Below, one piece after another: positions 44,794-59,000 of a stretch of DNA of 64,000 bases. A program made the position numbers and the translations under genes. Origin of the DNA: Phoronis australis (lineage: Eukaryota > Animalia > Phoronida); contig NMRA01000549.1 of NCBI GenBank assembly GCA_002633005.1, positions 207,872 through 271,871 of the forward strand, written 5' to 3'. The notes beneath the pieces are model-generated. The model searched no databases and was not told the origin of the DNA. It worked only from the letters and a program-made list of their open reading frames with translations. The first letter of the stretch is position 1; every line of letters starts with the position of its first letter.

Positions 44794-45369
44794 AGCGACC
44801 CACTGAACGAAAGGTTAGCATCCAGACTGATAGGCAATGACCATCGCCTCTGTTGGCCCGAACCAGAGGCAATGTAGCTCCTATAGGCGATCCATACGCC
44901 GGAAGCTTTTCGGCAAATTATGCCTCGCACCAACTAAACCATCAAAGTCACGTTGTTATAAATACCTTTGCGCATAGAGGAACACCTTAGGATGTTGTCG
45001 ATGTGTTTAATTCCTTCCAACTCGTACAAATACTCCCGTTATCAAACTTTTTTTTCGAGCAGTCCCTATTTCAGTTCCCAAAATCGTGAACTCAACATTT
45101 TTATACTGCGCACGCTCCAATTTTTACCGCACTCGCTAGGTGATGTGACTTCATGACCTCAATCTTTAAATAGGCCAATGGTGAATCATTGCGGTCTTGT
45201 AAATCAAATGTTCGTTTCCAAAATGCCACCACTTATACTTGTCTTTAATTGGTGTTACTTGAAACTGATTGTATTTCAAAGAATTATTGTTTGTATTTGA
45301 TAAAAATAAATGCTGTTGATATGACATTTAATAGTCTTTGTGCACATGTTTGACATTTTAATGTTTAAC

Positions 45370-46330
45370 AACACGGCAAATGCACGGCTGGTTCCCAGCA
45401 GCACATATGCAAAGGACGGGAACTTCAGCTTTCAAAGTTCGCCGGTAGGACCGCAACTTCTGACCTTCGGCCTGGTTAAAAGAATCTCTTGGCGTGCGCC
45501 GAGTGAAAATGTTGAGTTCACGATTTTGGGAACTGAAATAGGGACCGTTCCAATTTTCACGAAATTTGCACACGACGTGTAGATCGGAAAGTCCTGGAAG
45601 CCTATTGTTTTTGGTCATGATCGGATACAAAATGGCAGACGTGGTTGCCATTTTGTATCCGATTCCACAGTCAAGTGCTCGTAGAGGCCGCATTTTTCGA
45701 CGTACATTGCTGAAAATCAGTACGATTATATGAGATCGCATGTGATACAAATGTGCTGAAAATCGTTGACTTCCGGTCAAAGATGGCGGAAATATTGGAA
45801 GTGGCGCATGCGCACCCCGAAATATGGCCAAAAACATTTTCTCCTGTAGAGAGCGCATTTGCGAACCAATCACTTTCAAATTGGTCGCGTGTTTGTTGAG
45901 TTTAATAAGCTTTTATAAAAGTTTATTGAACCGGAAGTCACTTTCAAGATGGCAGCTGTGGCGCATGTTCACACGGTTTCAATCGTTCTGGTGTCGCATT
46001 TTTAACGGGAAGAGCAAATGACGTGAATTTTTGCATGTGGATTCCTTGAAGTATGGCCTTTCAAAAAGTCTGCAAGAGTGTATTTCTCAGACTTACCATT
46101 TTCGAGTTATTTGGCTTTGAATTTCAAAAAAAATGGCAAATTTTCAATTTTTTCGAAAAATTTTTGGATTTTTGCCAAACTATCACTTTAGATAGAGTTT
46201 TGAACGGGCTTTCAGAAGATATTTTACAGTTTGCGCTACGACGTCTACTTTTTGAATTATTCGAGATTTTCGGATACCGTTGTTCCTTCGGTCACCTATG
46301 CAAGAACGCAGCTGGCTGGCTTTCAGTTCA
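45370..46330. mobile_element. Non-autonomous interspersed element (about 950 bp, imperfect subterminal inverted repeats)
   Basis: CpG-rich block unlike flanks; ccagcagcacatatgcaaaggacgggaac versus reverse complement of gttccttcggtcacctatgcaagaacgcagctggctgg; shares a 40-bp perfect inverted copy with 45062-45101. No transposase ORF. Boundaries approximate. Confidence 0.55.
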
Positions 46331-47071
46331 CATTGTTTTGGTTATGCCTAGTTGACCCCGACTGATCCAGCCAGCATTGTCCTACTGTAGAGTGAAATTT
46401 CAGGCCAAATAACTTTGCTCTGCAGACTGTCACATAGCGCCACCTATTTTGGAATGTGGGAATAAAGCATGGCTCGTCCGTCATGTTGCGCCATCTGTTG
46501 TTCTTTATTGTAGTTGATTGTATGGCCTCTATTTGATTTCTTCGCTAGTCACATGAATGTTATCGTGTTTTTCATAATTGCCGCCTTGATCGTCATGATT
46601 GTCGTCGTCCTCCCCATCGTCGTCTTTTCGATTAATTCCGCCAAGTGTCGCTCTTCCGAGCGCTCTCCTTTCTTTTGTCATTCTTTTGTTTCACAAATCA
46701 CACTGTTCACATTGAAAGGTCTCAGTTTACTGAAAACATTCACTGCAGATGGGTCCAAGCTAAGAGAAAATTAGGAAATTGAAATTTGTGGGCTTGCCAT
46801 AGTATTAAGTTGATCAGTGCTGTGTTTACAACTTTCACTATCTGTGCTTGTACACTATCTTTTTTTAATATTTGTGGCGTCCAGTCTAGTTAGCTGAAAT
46901 TGGTACAACTGGGAAAAGTCATAGTTTGTATCTTGTTTGAAGTAGGCATGCAGCATTCTGAGAATTATTTTCGTGGCCCGAAAAATGAATGATGTTTTCC
47001 TGTTTCATTTCAGTGTTGAATATATTAACTAGCTGATGTTAAAGATGTGAAACGTGTGCTGGCTTGCTAAA

Positions 47072-50000
47072 ATGTCAAGACCACCAAGTCAACAGAAATG
47101 GGAAAGTTCTATGAACATCATTCGTGGAAGTCTTGATGAAATCACACGACCAGCAAGTAATTCCAGCCGTAATGGTAGTCGTGCTGGGAGCCGAGTGTCT
47201 CAGCACAGCAGCACCACCTTCAGGAGGAAAGTTGAAACGAGTGGAGCTTTTGAGATTCTCCCACCGGAGATAACTCCAGCACAGGTTTGTTGTACAGTCA
47301 GCACGAATGAATCGGTGTTGATGTTGTTGCTGTTGTTACCAATGAAGGAAGAGTGTTGAGAGTATTGAAGAAATGCCGTGGCCTTTTTTATTTTATTTTT
47401 TTTACCCAATTTTGTCATTCGTCTTTATCGCATTAGCTACTATAGTTATTTATCTGATGTTATTATCCCCATTAGGAGTGTGATGTAGCAGTTGAAGAGT
47501 ATGACTCGGCTGAATCAGACTACAGCGATGACTCGTTTGAAGAAAGCGTTGAGTCAAACCAACAAAAGACAGAAAATAACTGGAGTGCAAAGAAGAGGTA
47601 TCATGTCTTAAGGTTATCTAAACATAGTAACTGTGACTTAATTGATCTTATATGGAGTTTGATTGACAGCTGGTTAGTTGTTTGTCACCACTAAATCCTT
47701 GAGGGATTCCTAAGCTTTTGAATTTGTGGTGAATTGTTCATCAAAAGGTTTTCAGCTCATTAGATGACACCTCTGGTGAAGCAGCAGAGTATTATGTCAC
47801 TCAATGTTGTCCATTTCTTTTGTAAAATTAAAAAATAACTGTTAGAATTAGCAGTTCCTTTCGCAAATGACCAGCCTAATCGTCCCTTGTGATTTTGTTT
47901 TTGCAGCCTTGACACAAAGATGATGCGACCTGAAGCTAGTAGCAAGTGGAGCTCTGAGCACACTGAACCTTCAGGACTGAATCAACACTTCACTAGTAAC
48001 CAAATAGCTCTTACAGGTAATGGTGTAGTCAAACCACATGTTTTTATGGGCAAACAAAAATTGTGGTAAGTTGCGTATAGTCGGCATCCCTTCCCGAGAT
48101 CCGTTTGTTCGTTACCTCTGCTGTCGTTACCTTTGCTTCTCTATTGATTATCTCAAACATATTTCTTTTAAATAACAGATCCCAATGAAGTTTGAGTTAA
48201 ATAGTGGAATGTGCCAGCACTTGTCGACTTTCATACAGACTCGCACACCTGTTTGCTGTTATTTTTCAGCAGGAAATTCCTTGTCCGTCGTTTTTTTTGT
48301 GAGAAGACTTATAGTACGTGATACTAATAAACACGTAGACACGAAGATACATGTCATTTGTGGTGCAGTCGAGGGCACATTTGAGTGCTTTGGTTCCTTT
48401 TGCTTCACACTCAGCTATATTTTTTCAGTAAATCATATAATTGAACTTTTTTGCAAATTGTGTGTATAGTGTTTATAATGTTGGTTTTCACGTTTTCAAA
48501 ATATGTGATACAGTGTGTTTTCCTTTAAAAATACTACCATTTGTAACAGTAATGTGTTTACAAAATTTCTTGATCCCATGTGCTACATTTATAATACCTG
48601 CTAGTTATTGTCAATAGTTATCTGAATGTCCTACCACATGCTCTTTTCCTGAACATTAAGTAATGTTAGCCTGCTATGCATAGACGGTCATTACAGGCGA
48701 AAGTTCAGTATGATTTTTCACATGGTAATCAGGAAATGAGGCTACTGAACAGTTACAAATAAAGTGTGTACAGTGACATCAGTTGTTGTTGTCATCAGGA
48801 AATGAGACTAGTAAACAATTACAAGAAGAATGTGTACAGTGACATCTGTTGTTCATGTCATCAGGTAATGAGAATAGTAAGTTACATGTAGACTGTGGGC
48901 AGTGACATCTGTTATTTCCCTTGGTTAGGTGGTGAGGAGCCTGAGTTGGACAGTGATGAAGAGAATGATATTGTTAAGCAGATCAGGGCAGAGATCACGC
49001 AGCAGGTTAAACAGGAAATGAAGGGCGAGTTAGACCTGTACAGAAAGTAGGTATTCTATTTGTTTAGCCACGGGGAACACAATAATGTCTAATGAAGTAG
49101 GTCCCCTGGGTCTATGTGTGCAGTCACATCAGAATCCAACTATGTCTAATGAAGTAGGTACCCTGGGTCTATGTGTGCAATCGCTGGGGGAATACAGCTA
49201 TGTCTAATGAAGTCGGTCCCTCGGGTCTATATGTCCAGTCCTGGGGAACACAACTATGCAGTGTAATTGTAGTGACCAGAAGGTCCTGGGATACTCTTCA
49301 TGACTTGTTACATGAGTTATACTGATACAGGGGCACTTTTTGAATGGAAAAATGTTTGCTATAGTCTCTTTTCGTAAAAAATAAAACAATATGTTTGCAG
49401 GCAGAAAATGCAGTGTGAAAGAAAATTGTACATTACAGTCAGTGTTTTAGTTTGTTAGTAACAGGAGAAATGAGATGTAGATAATAGTTTGATAGCAAAA
49501 TGTTTTCAGTAACGAGACAGTAATAAATAGTCCAAGGTTGGCCAGGTGATGTTTGTCATCTCCAGGACAAACAATGGCTCTCATGACCAGCAGTCAATGC
49601 CTTGAGAAAGTCACCCATTGATGCCTAGTAAGAGCTTTATGTGGTATGTTTTGTTGTTGTGTAGAAAGTTTGAGGCTGATTCTAAAACACAAGAAGAAGA
49701 TGACCTCGCTGACATGGAGCCAAAGTTGAAAGAGGCCATTTTAAAAATGCGAAAGTATGATAGAATTTTAAGGAAGAGAGTTGTTCGAGAAAAGGAAGTG
49801 AAGCATGATAGAGTCATGTTACAAAGACGGTGAGTGTGTGTAATGTTACAACTAGGTTATGTGTGTGTAATGTTGCAAGGACGGGTTGTGTGTCTGATGT
49901 TACAAAGACTGTAAGTGTGTGTAATGTTGCAAGGAGGTTAAGTGTGTCTAATTTTTGCAAAGACAGTAAGAGTTTCTAATGTTACAAAGAGGTTAAGTGT

Positions 50001-53000
50001 GTGTAATGTTACAAGGACAGTAAGTGTTTGTAATGTTATAAAAAATTATTAAGTGTGTAATTCTGCAAAGACATTAAGTGTGTTACAAAGGCATACACTC
50101 CTTACAATTGGATTTCTTTCACCCAATTAAAGGGGTTTATCAAAATTCAAATATTTCAAGGAGATACCAGTGAAAACTATAACTTGTTTAGGTCTTTTAT
50201 TTATCAAAAATCAGAATTTTGGTTTGCAAATTAAGGCATATTCTTTTGTTTTTGAAAACAGAATCAGAAATTTATGTCTTTCTTTGACACGTTGCTTTAT
50301 TCAGCTGTAGTTAATGTCCCGTCAGTAACTTGGTAGCAAATTCCCCTGACATTTGTCCAGCTTCACCAACATTATGTCTACGGTTTTAAAGAAAATCAAA
50401 GTTTTTGCTGGAAATTGTCCGAAAATTATATGAGAATTTTGGCAAAAACTACTTTGTTATAAAAGAGTGCCCCGACAGCTGCCTTGGTCAACTGAGCATT
50501 GTGGTCCTTGCTGCCATACTGTTTTCATTGTTTTGTAAACCAATCACTCTCGCACCCTTACAAACATGAACTGCCATGGTTTTAAAGATTGGACAACTTT
50601 ATCTATTTTTACTGATCATAGACCAAAATCTCCCAAACATGTTGCCTGAAAGCTGTCAAGAGTAAGTTCACAGGCACTCTTTTTATTAATTTGTATTCAA
50701 AAACTGAGTCAAGTACTGTGTTCATAAGTTCACAAATAATCACTTGAAATGACATGTTTCCATGATTTTTTACTTCACACTTTTTATTTGCAAATCGAGA
50801 AGTCATTCAAAACTGTATAAAACTGTGTTAGTGCTAATTATCAGCTCATCTGAAAACAGCCGACAAAGAAGATAAAATTTTAGCTGAGAATTTGCAGGAA
50901 AACTGATGATGAGAATTGTGTAAATCAGAAAAGAAACTTTTGGAATTCTTAATCTCATATTTCGTCGGATTTTTGAAGAGATTCTGTCAACTTCTTTTCA
51001 AAACTACTGTGCTTTGCAAAAACTTTGATATTTCGAAACACTTCTGGTTTAGGTTACCTGAAGAAAGAAATGAATTGTTGTTTATTTGATAATCACTGAT
51101 GTGTGTTATCTTCAGGTTAAGGGAGGAACTTGATCAGCTGAACTCTAATACCAAAGAAGAGGGTAAGAAGGAGCTGAAAGAAGTGAAGACCAATACGGAG
51201 AGGTTTCTGGCTTTGGCTCCACCCCCTAAGCACAGCGAAGGTGATGATTGGCTTAAAATTGTAACATTATAGTTTATCTGACAGTTACTAGCCCCTCTTC
51301 CTTTATCAGCATTTTTCCTGAAGGGCATTTTCAAATAATTATTTGAAATAATTATATAATTATTGAAAAAATTCTTTACACTCAACTGTATAGTCTTTTA
51401 AAAATAATTCACCATTTGCTGTAGTTTTGTTTGTATTTTTGCTGCCAGATGACCTCTCAAAGGATGTCTCAGGTAATATTGCTAAAGTCAGTGTCATTGT
51501 GTTTCTAAATCTGTAGTCCTGGGTTGTGTGACGTGGACACGAGGAGAAATTGCAATGAGAAACCTTCTTGTTTTCGGTACAGAAACAGTGAATTCTCAAC
51601 ATTCCAACCTCACCGACCAATCATATCAGTGACATGCATTTTGCGGGGCACACTAGTATGGTACCAAGCATACTCGCAAAAGACTCACACGAGTGATTCT
51701 ATATGGGTTTGCATGATTCATTTTTCACTAGTTTCTTGCACCGCTAAATGTGAGCACTGAAATATTTAGTTTTATGCTTTGGAGATGCGCAACTATTATT
51801 CTTTAGCTAAAATACATGTCTTCAATAATGGTAATTTTTAACCTTACTTTTCCGCACATTGTAGAAGATCCACAGGCTGGAAAATGTGTACGCTTGGTAT
51901 TTGCTCCATGGTTGAGGGAGTAAAACATAAGTTCTTTTGCCTGTATGTTGTGTGGAAATTCATGTTCTAAGCAAAATTTGACATTTTCCTTAACTATAAC
52001 CTTCAATCTACTCTTCTGTTAATTCATTGTGTCTTAATATTTTATGAATTTATATGGAACAATTGAGATGCAGTGGCGATGCTTAGACATGTAAGTGTGG
52101 TGAGCACGCATGAGTGTGGATTATTATCTATTAAGTGGAATGATATGGCAGAAGCACCATAGTGCAGTTTACTTAGGAGTGTTGTGGACAGGCGGTGTGG
52201 TCAGGCATTGTGGATAGGGGCAGTGTGGACAGACATTATTGATGGGCAGTGTTGACGGTCATGGTAGACAGCCAATGTTGATGGAAATTGTGGACGGGCA
52301 ACGTTGATGGACATTGTGGACGGGCAATGTGGATGGCCATTGTGGACGGGCAACATTGATGGACATTGTGGACGGGCAATGTGGACGGGCAATGTGGACG
52401 GATGTTCTGTGCAGATGTTCTGCAGTTTCCTTCTGGTTTGTTTGGTTGCAGGAAAAGTCTGCTTTTGCCTAGTTTGCTGTCATGTCATTATTTCTGCTTT
52501 TTTGCTGGTGTGACAAATCTTGGGAACATTGAAGTTACTCTTGTGTTATTCATCTAGTAACTCCTCATTTGTTGTTTTCAGGTATCGTGGATGAAGATGA
52601 GACACCTCTATCACCTGTGTTTCCTACACAGGTGTTAGATGATGGAACTCAGTCAGCACAAGGGGCACACGGCTCACCACGCGGGGCAGGAAGTGAGTGA
52701 CTGTTGTGTCTTATCAGTGTGCTAGGACAATAGTTATGTGATGACACGCTTTACCTTGCGGTACCATCTGATAATCCTACTCGGTTGTAAGTTTGTCATG
52801 CAAGAATTGTGTGGTGACAGGTTCATAACTTCATCTCCTTTTGGTGTTGGCTGGTTTTGCCATGTGGTTGTAATTGGCGATGTGTAACCACAGGTAGATT
52901 TGGTCACACAATGTTCAAAGTTGCTCTTGATAGCATAGCATCTTCTGAATCAATTTTTAGCAGGGTCATATCCTGGCATTATAGTTGAGGTCTACGATTT

Positions 53001-56000
53001 GGGCATTTTTATTTTGTATGCGTGGTCAGGGTTGTTAACATTCTTAAATTATCCCAGTGTAAACAGTAAATGGACATCCAATTTTGTACTATATCCTTCG
53101 TGTAAGTTTGCATGCATTGTGTTCCCCCTGTGAAGCCATTGAAAGGCTGATCCCAGAATGTGTTTCCAGTTGATATCATTCTATGAGTTAAATTGTCCAA
53201 CATAGTGCAGTTGTGTATGTGTTAAGTTAATACCAGTTGTCATCTATGTGGTTAACTTCTGCTGCAGCCTCCTTTTCAAAAGTCTCAAGTGATGATGTTG
53301 AGTTCGATGACCTTGACACTGGCAAAGGAAAGAAAAAAAGGAATAAAGATGAGGATGGGAAGAAGGGTCAACACAAAGATTTTGTCAAAAGGAATATTCA
53401 GGTACAAAATGAGCTGAAGTAACTGATCTGTACAGTATTACAGCATAGCTTAAGTGATTCAATGTTCCCAGCACAGATCTTCCTGTTGATAGCACAGTAG
53501 GTTATTTAGTTGGTTTGGTGGTAGTTGTGTCATGCCACCTGCAGGTGACCTTCAGCAAGGTCAGACTGTATTGGCTGAATTCAGTGTGCTGATGATTGAA
53601 CTACAGATGAATTGCTTTAATTTGTATTAATGTAGCGACCAAGTTTGCTATTCAAAAAAAAGTTTGCTATTCAGCGTATTTCAGTATAGAGTTAAATGGT
53701 TCATATTTTGGCTTTTTTAATGGCTTTTTACACAGTTTTGACTTTTTGGAATGAAAGCAGTTTAGGACAAACACCATGCCTACCAGGGAAAGTTCTCCAT
53801 TTTTTTTTCTTAAGCACCAAGTAGCACTAAACTATGCCTTACCTTGTTCAAGCCTTGTACCATATTTATCACTTAGCTACCATCAGTTAAATAAATGTTT
53901 TTGACAAAAAATTGTGGACATTCACAACATTGTGGGCATTCACAACAATGTTAGCTTTTAAAATTGGAAGAGAACGATTTGATAGTTATTTTTGCTTAAA
54001 ATTGGTAAGATTTTAATATATTGGGTATATTCCATGTAACAAGATCAAACTATAACTATACTTAGGTGGACGGCCAATGGTAGAAATATCTTTTTATGTG
54101 ACTAAGCACTTTGTGCTACTGTGAACCCCGGGTTTTTTCAAGTGTTTTGTGTCTGTGTGCAGTTGCCTGACCTTATAGATGCAGATGGTTATTCCAAACT
54201 GTCGAGTTTTATAGTTTTTGCCAATTTTATGATGATTTTCATTCAAGTTGGATAATTGCTTTCAGATATTCATTAAGGTCAGCCATTTTGTGACCGATAC
54301 GTTTCATATGATATTTTACAAATTGACACTTCAAAGTTTATCGAGTAATCAGTGCATTTTCCTCATAGCCACTTCCCATACTACTACCACAGCGCCCTCT
54401 CTGATTCTGTGGTATTTACCCACAATGCTTTACACCACCCTGCTGCTGACATAACTATTGTTATACTAGTTAAGTTTTGCTGTTACACTGTTAGTTGTAG
54501 TACTGAGTTAAAATGTTTGTAAAGCTGAGTGGAGCATTGATAAATCATTCTTCTCTTGACTTGGCTCAAAGTGACCTTACGTTTCATAAAGCCGAAGGGG
54601 ACATGATAAATCCTTCTTCACTTGACTCTGTTTAAAATGACCTTACCTTTTGTAAAGCTGAGTGGAGCATGATAAATCATTCTTCACTTGACTTGGCTAT
54701 AAGTGACCTTACATTTCATAAAGCCTAATGGGGCATGATAAATCCTTCTTCACTTGACTCTGTTTAAAGTGATCTTACCTTTTGTAAAGCTGAGTAGGGC
54801 ATGACAAATCATTCTTCACTTGACTTGCCTCAAACTGACCGTACCTTACTAGGTCAGTCATGCGCTCGGCTTTTCTACCTCTGCAAAAGAGGAGATATGT
54901 ATTCAAGAAGTGGGAATTCTAGAAGTAGATTTACGTGGTTCTACATACACGGAGATAGTGGTAATTAAAATGACTTTACCAGTGTTTGGAAAACATTGCA
55001 GCCCTTCTATCTCTGTTAATTACATGTATGTATTAATGTTGATGCACTTACATCTTGCATACGTTGTTTAATTATTGTCTCATTGTGTCTTTGTAGTTGG
55101 CTGCAGATGCTGGGAACATCATAGCAATGACTGATGATGAGAAACACAGAGTCGAGAACTTATTGGCTGATCTAGACAGTTTACCAGACATTCCCGAAGA
55201 GGGCACTGTGCCTCAAGCATTTGAGGTAGGTCACTAGATAATTTTATATGTTTTGTTCTTTGTGGGTTTGGTGATGTTTCTGAGAGTTGCAAATTAATTT
55301 ATCGTTTTTGTTCTTTAGTAGCCTGTAAACTGGTTTATGTATTATGGTGCTGATAATCACTGTACATTAGGGACAGATACCTAAATTTGATTAATATTAC
55401 GTAGTCTAATAACCGTCCATTTCCAACGCATAAAAGTATAATATTTTGGAATCCTCGATGACTGAAAAATCTTAATTTGTGCCTTTCAGCCTTAAAACGC
55501 CGTGCAATCGTTTATAAATGTGAAGATTTCTTGCAAATTGAAGAGAAATTGATGTTCCAAACTATTAAGCTTTGAACATCTAAAGGCCTGAAAATGGCAA
55601 CAGAAGTCAGTAGAAGCCATCTCAAGCAATTTGTGTTTAAAGAAATGTTATGGAAAATAAAGGAAAAATAAATAATTATGTTAGCTTAATTCAATGTGTG
55701 AAGTGAATATTGCATTTTTGAAAAAAAAAACAAAGAAGGTTGACAATTACCTGAAACTAGGGATCATCAGTATTATAATTGTAATTTAAATAAAAGCAAT
55801 GTTATTTCTCCATCTGGAAGACATGCTTAATATTTACCTGTTTTCAGTTATCTTGATGCTCATCCAACAAATCATTGTGAATCTATGCAAGTGACATAAA
55901 TAGGAAAAATTATAGTGTTTGGGACAAAAGTAAAGCAGAGACCCATCTTTCAAAAACGTGCTAAGCATTCTTGTAAATGCTCAAAATTTGTTTGGTGAAG

Positions 56001-59000
56001 CCTCTACTATACTAGCAATGCTTTCAATGAAGTAAACTTTCTTAAATGTTATGTGTAGAGCAATTTTGTCAAAAAAAAAACATTTCACTTACCCACAATA
56101 CTCAATTGTGTCTGTATTCTGGTCTCACCAACCACACATCTGTTAAAGGATAATCCGTTTGCTGTGGTCGTCCAACCTGGAGAAGGCTTTCTGCCTGATC
56201 AGCTGGAAATGAAAGCTCTTCAGGACATAGACTCTAGACTGAAAGCATTGCTTCCTGCCTCCGACTTTGAGTCCATCACTAGCACACCCACATTTAATGC
56301 TCACAGAGAGGAATACAAGGTAGGTGATGACCAAACTTAACTACCCTCTCTTTATCTTTTCTCCATGAAATTGTTTTTCTTTTACGTGTGTCACGTATGC
56401 TGTTCAAGAATGTTTGGACAAGATTAATTGTATCATCTTAGTGCAGTACATTGAAGTATATTCTCATTGTGCTGTAATTCAGTGTCTTGTTTTTATCAGC
56501 ATGTTGTCGTGATAAACACTTATGGTTTCTCTAGCTTGTTTATGTTGTTGCCTCTGCTCATAAAATCTTTTTTTGTATTGCACTAGTCTGATGTCATAGT
56601 AAGAACTACTCCCTGTTCATAACATTCTTGTTTTTACTGAATTAGCCTGATGTTATGTTTATAACTACTCCCTGTTAATAACACCCTTGATTTTACTGAA
56701 CTAGTCTTATGTCATGGTTAGAACTACTCCCAGCTCGTAACATCCTTGTTTTCATTGCTGCACATTAAACCTTGGTGTTTTCATTAAAGTGTTACTTAAA
56801 TAGTATAAGCAAATCAATCAGATAAAGTACTGTTTCCCATCATGGTGTCTAATTCCATTCATAAATTGTTGTGGCATGTTGCTATGGCTTACAAATATTT
56901 CATTGCAGAGTCTTTTCACACGCACTGGCATTCAGACTACAGATGAATATATTGAACAACTGGGTGAGAAGGCGTTGAAGGACACGAGAGAAGACAGAGA
57001 CTACAAGAAAAGGCTGGCTGATATAGAGGGAGAACTGAACATGTTGACTTGTGCTGTGGAACAGGAGGTGAGTTGTCAGTCTATCAGAATATCATTTTGT
57101 ACCGAATTGCCATTCTACAATAACCTTAGGAAAGGGTATTTGCCTGCATGGAGCTTCAACAATGCCAGTGTTACAAAATTCATCATATTCATGACTATGA
57201 AGGAAATTTTCCACCCCAAAATTTACCAAAGCAATGCTGACACTGCACGTGCATGTTACTGTATCTGCATGTTACTGCATGTGTATATTACTGTGTGTGC
57301 ATGGTACTGTGTGTGCGTGTTACTGCGTCTGCATGTTACTGCATGTGTGTGTTACTGCGTGTGTATGTTACTAAGGACCTTGTGATCACTATCAGTTTTT
57401 CAATCAATTTCAAAACGTTTTGTACAGTATATCCTTTTTCCTATGGAATAGAATGAACAAATATTTACAAAATGCCAGTATTTATGGGGCTACTAAATGC
57501 CATGATGCATTGTCCATTCTAAATTTTAGGTTGTGCTAAAAGTGGATTCATTAAGGTATAATAATTAAAACTCTAATTTTCAAGGAGTTCAATTTTATTG
57601 ATGGAACTTTCCAACAATTTGTTTGAACAAGTACAAGAGCCGTCAATACTAGATGGAGTGATGCTTGTATGAAGATTTTTGCATATAATTAGTGGGATGG
57701 GATCTGCTTTTAAGGTACAAGCCATGCGAAATCGGTGACTTACCAATGACAACTTAACCACAATCTTTTACATGTAACAAGTGGTAATGTGTCGGGAGTG
57801 AAGCAAAGTCACCGTCTTATGCAGATTAAGGAGCGGAGTGGTGATAGGTAACTGAATGATTGTTTTATTCTTTGATTAATTCCCTCTCACTCTCAATTGC
57901 AATCTTGTTATCCATGTAGTACATTGAAACTTTTGACCTGATGTTTATTTCTCCGCTTCCCACCAGATGGAGTCTCCGGTTCTGTCTGAGGATCAGCTAC
58001 AGGATCTCATCCAGCAGTGTCTAAGGACCATGTCCAGGGCTTCAGCAGAGACAGAGTCATTATCATCCACACCAAGGTACTCACACTGTTTGCACCAAAT
58101 CTCTAGGCTTCTCAGCTTTCATAGGGGTACACATTTGATTTTATAAAAAAAATCACTGCTGTAAATTAACTAATCACTTTGAAGCTAGAAGGCAGTAGAC
58201 ATCTTCATTCTCAAATAACCAGTCTCCATGTATGAGGAAAGTCGTGTATTGCTATCACCAAGTTCCCCAGATCCAGCAGCAGTTTAAACTGACAACTTTA
58301 CTGTGTACTCACACATTACATTGTTTCTCACAATCACACAACAGGTGGCGTGATGATTGCAGTGCATATTGCAGTGTGTGATTATAAACCGTAAATAACC
58401 CAAAAACATCGTATAATAATGTAGATATACATGGATATATCATCACAGTTTTATATGACATTGTGTGTTTACAAAAAGTTTTGTTGTTGTAGATCTCCGC
58501 GCACTGCTCAACTAGAGCTACTGCAGAACCCTCCTAAACTGTCAGAGGATGTGCTTCAGTCACTACTTACTGAGGCCAGAGGTTCTATAGCCAGTAGTCG
58601 TGTCAATACGTACCGCTCTGAGATTGAAGACAGTGTTAGTCATGGTAAGCAGGTGTGATATGGACTTCAACATATTGCCAGGGATTGCCTGCAGATATAT
58701 CAACATTTTCTCCGTCATGTTGATGTGGTGATTCAAAACAGTGTTACAGTTTGTAGTTCTCAAAATAAACTGAGTGAACTTTGACCCACTCAATGACACA
58801 TCTGATGGAACTATGGTCACGATGAAAGAGCTGTTTTTGATTTATTTACCAATCAGATGTAATTTTTGTTGTTACGCAACAGCTTTGTTTTTTTATTTTT
58901 AGTATCAAGCCATTGTTAGTCTTGTGTAGACTGACAGACAGACTTCCTGTAAAAAGCACGTGCTCTGAGAGACCTGGTGAACTTTTAACTTAGAATTAAC

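Noticed and set aside
45358-45879. 173-aa minus-strand ORF in the interspersed element
   Set aside because: No transposase or other recognisable motif; likely chance ORF in GC-richer repeat.
46484-46502. CTCF-like motif (also near 2541 and 53532)
   Set aside because: Partial matches of this length are expected by chance or within repeats; needs ChIP data.
52890-53210. Possible decayed coding fragment on the minus strand in an FSIP1 intron
   Set aside because: Only vague motif resemblance across broken frames; cannot be supported without tBLASTx.
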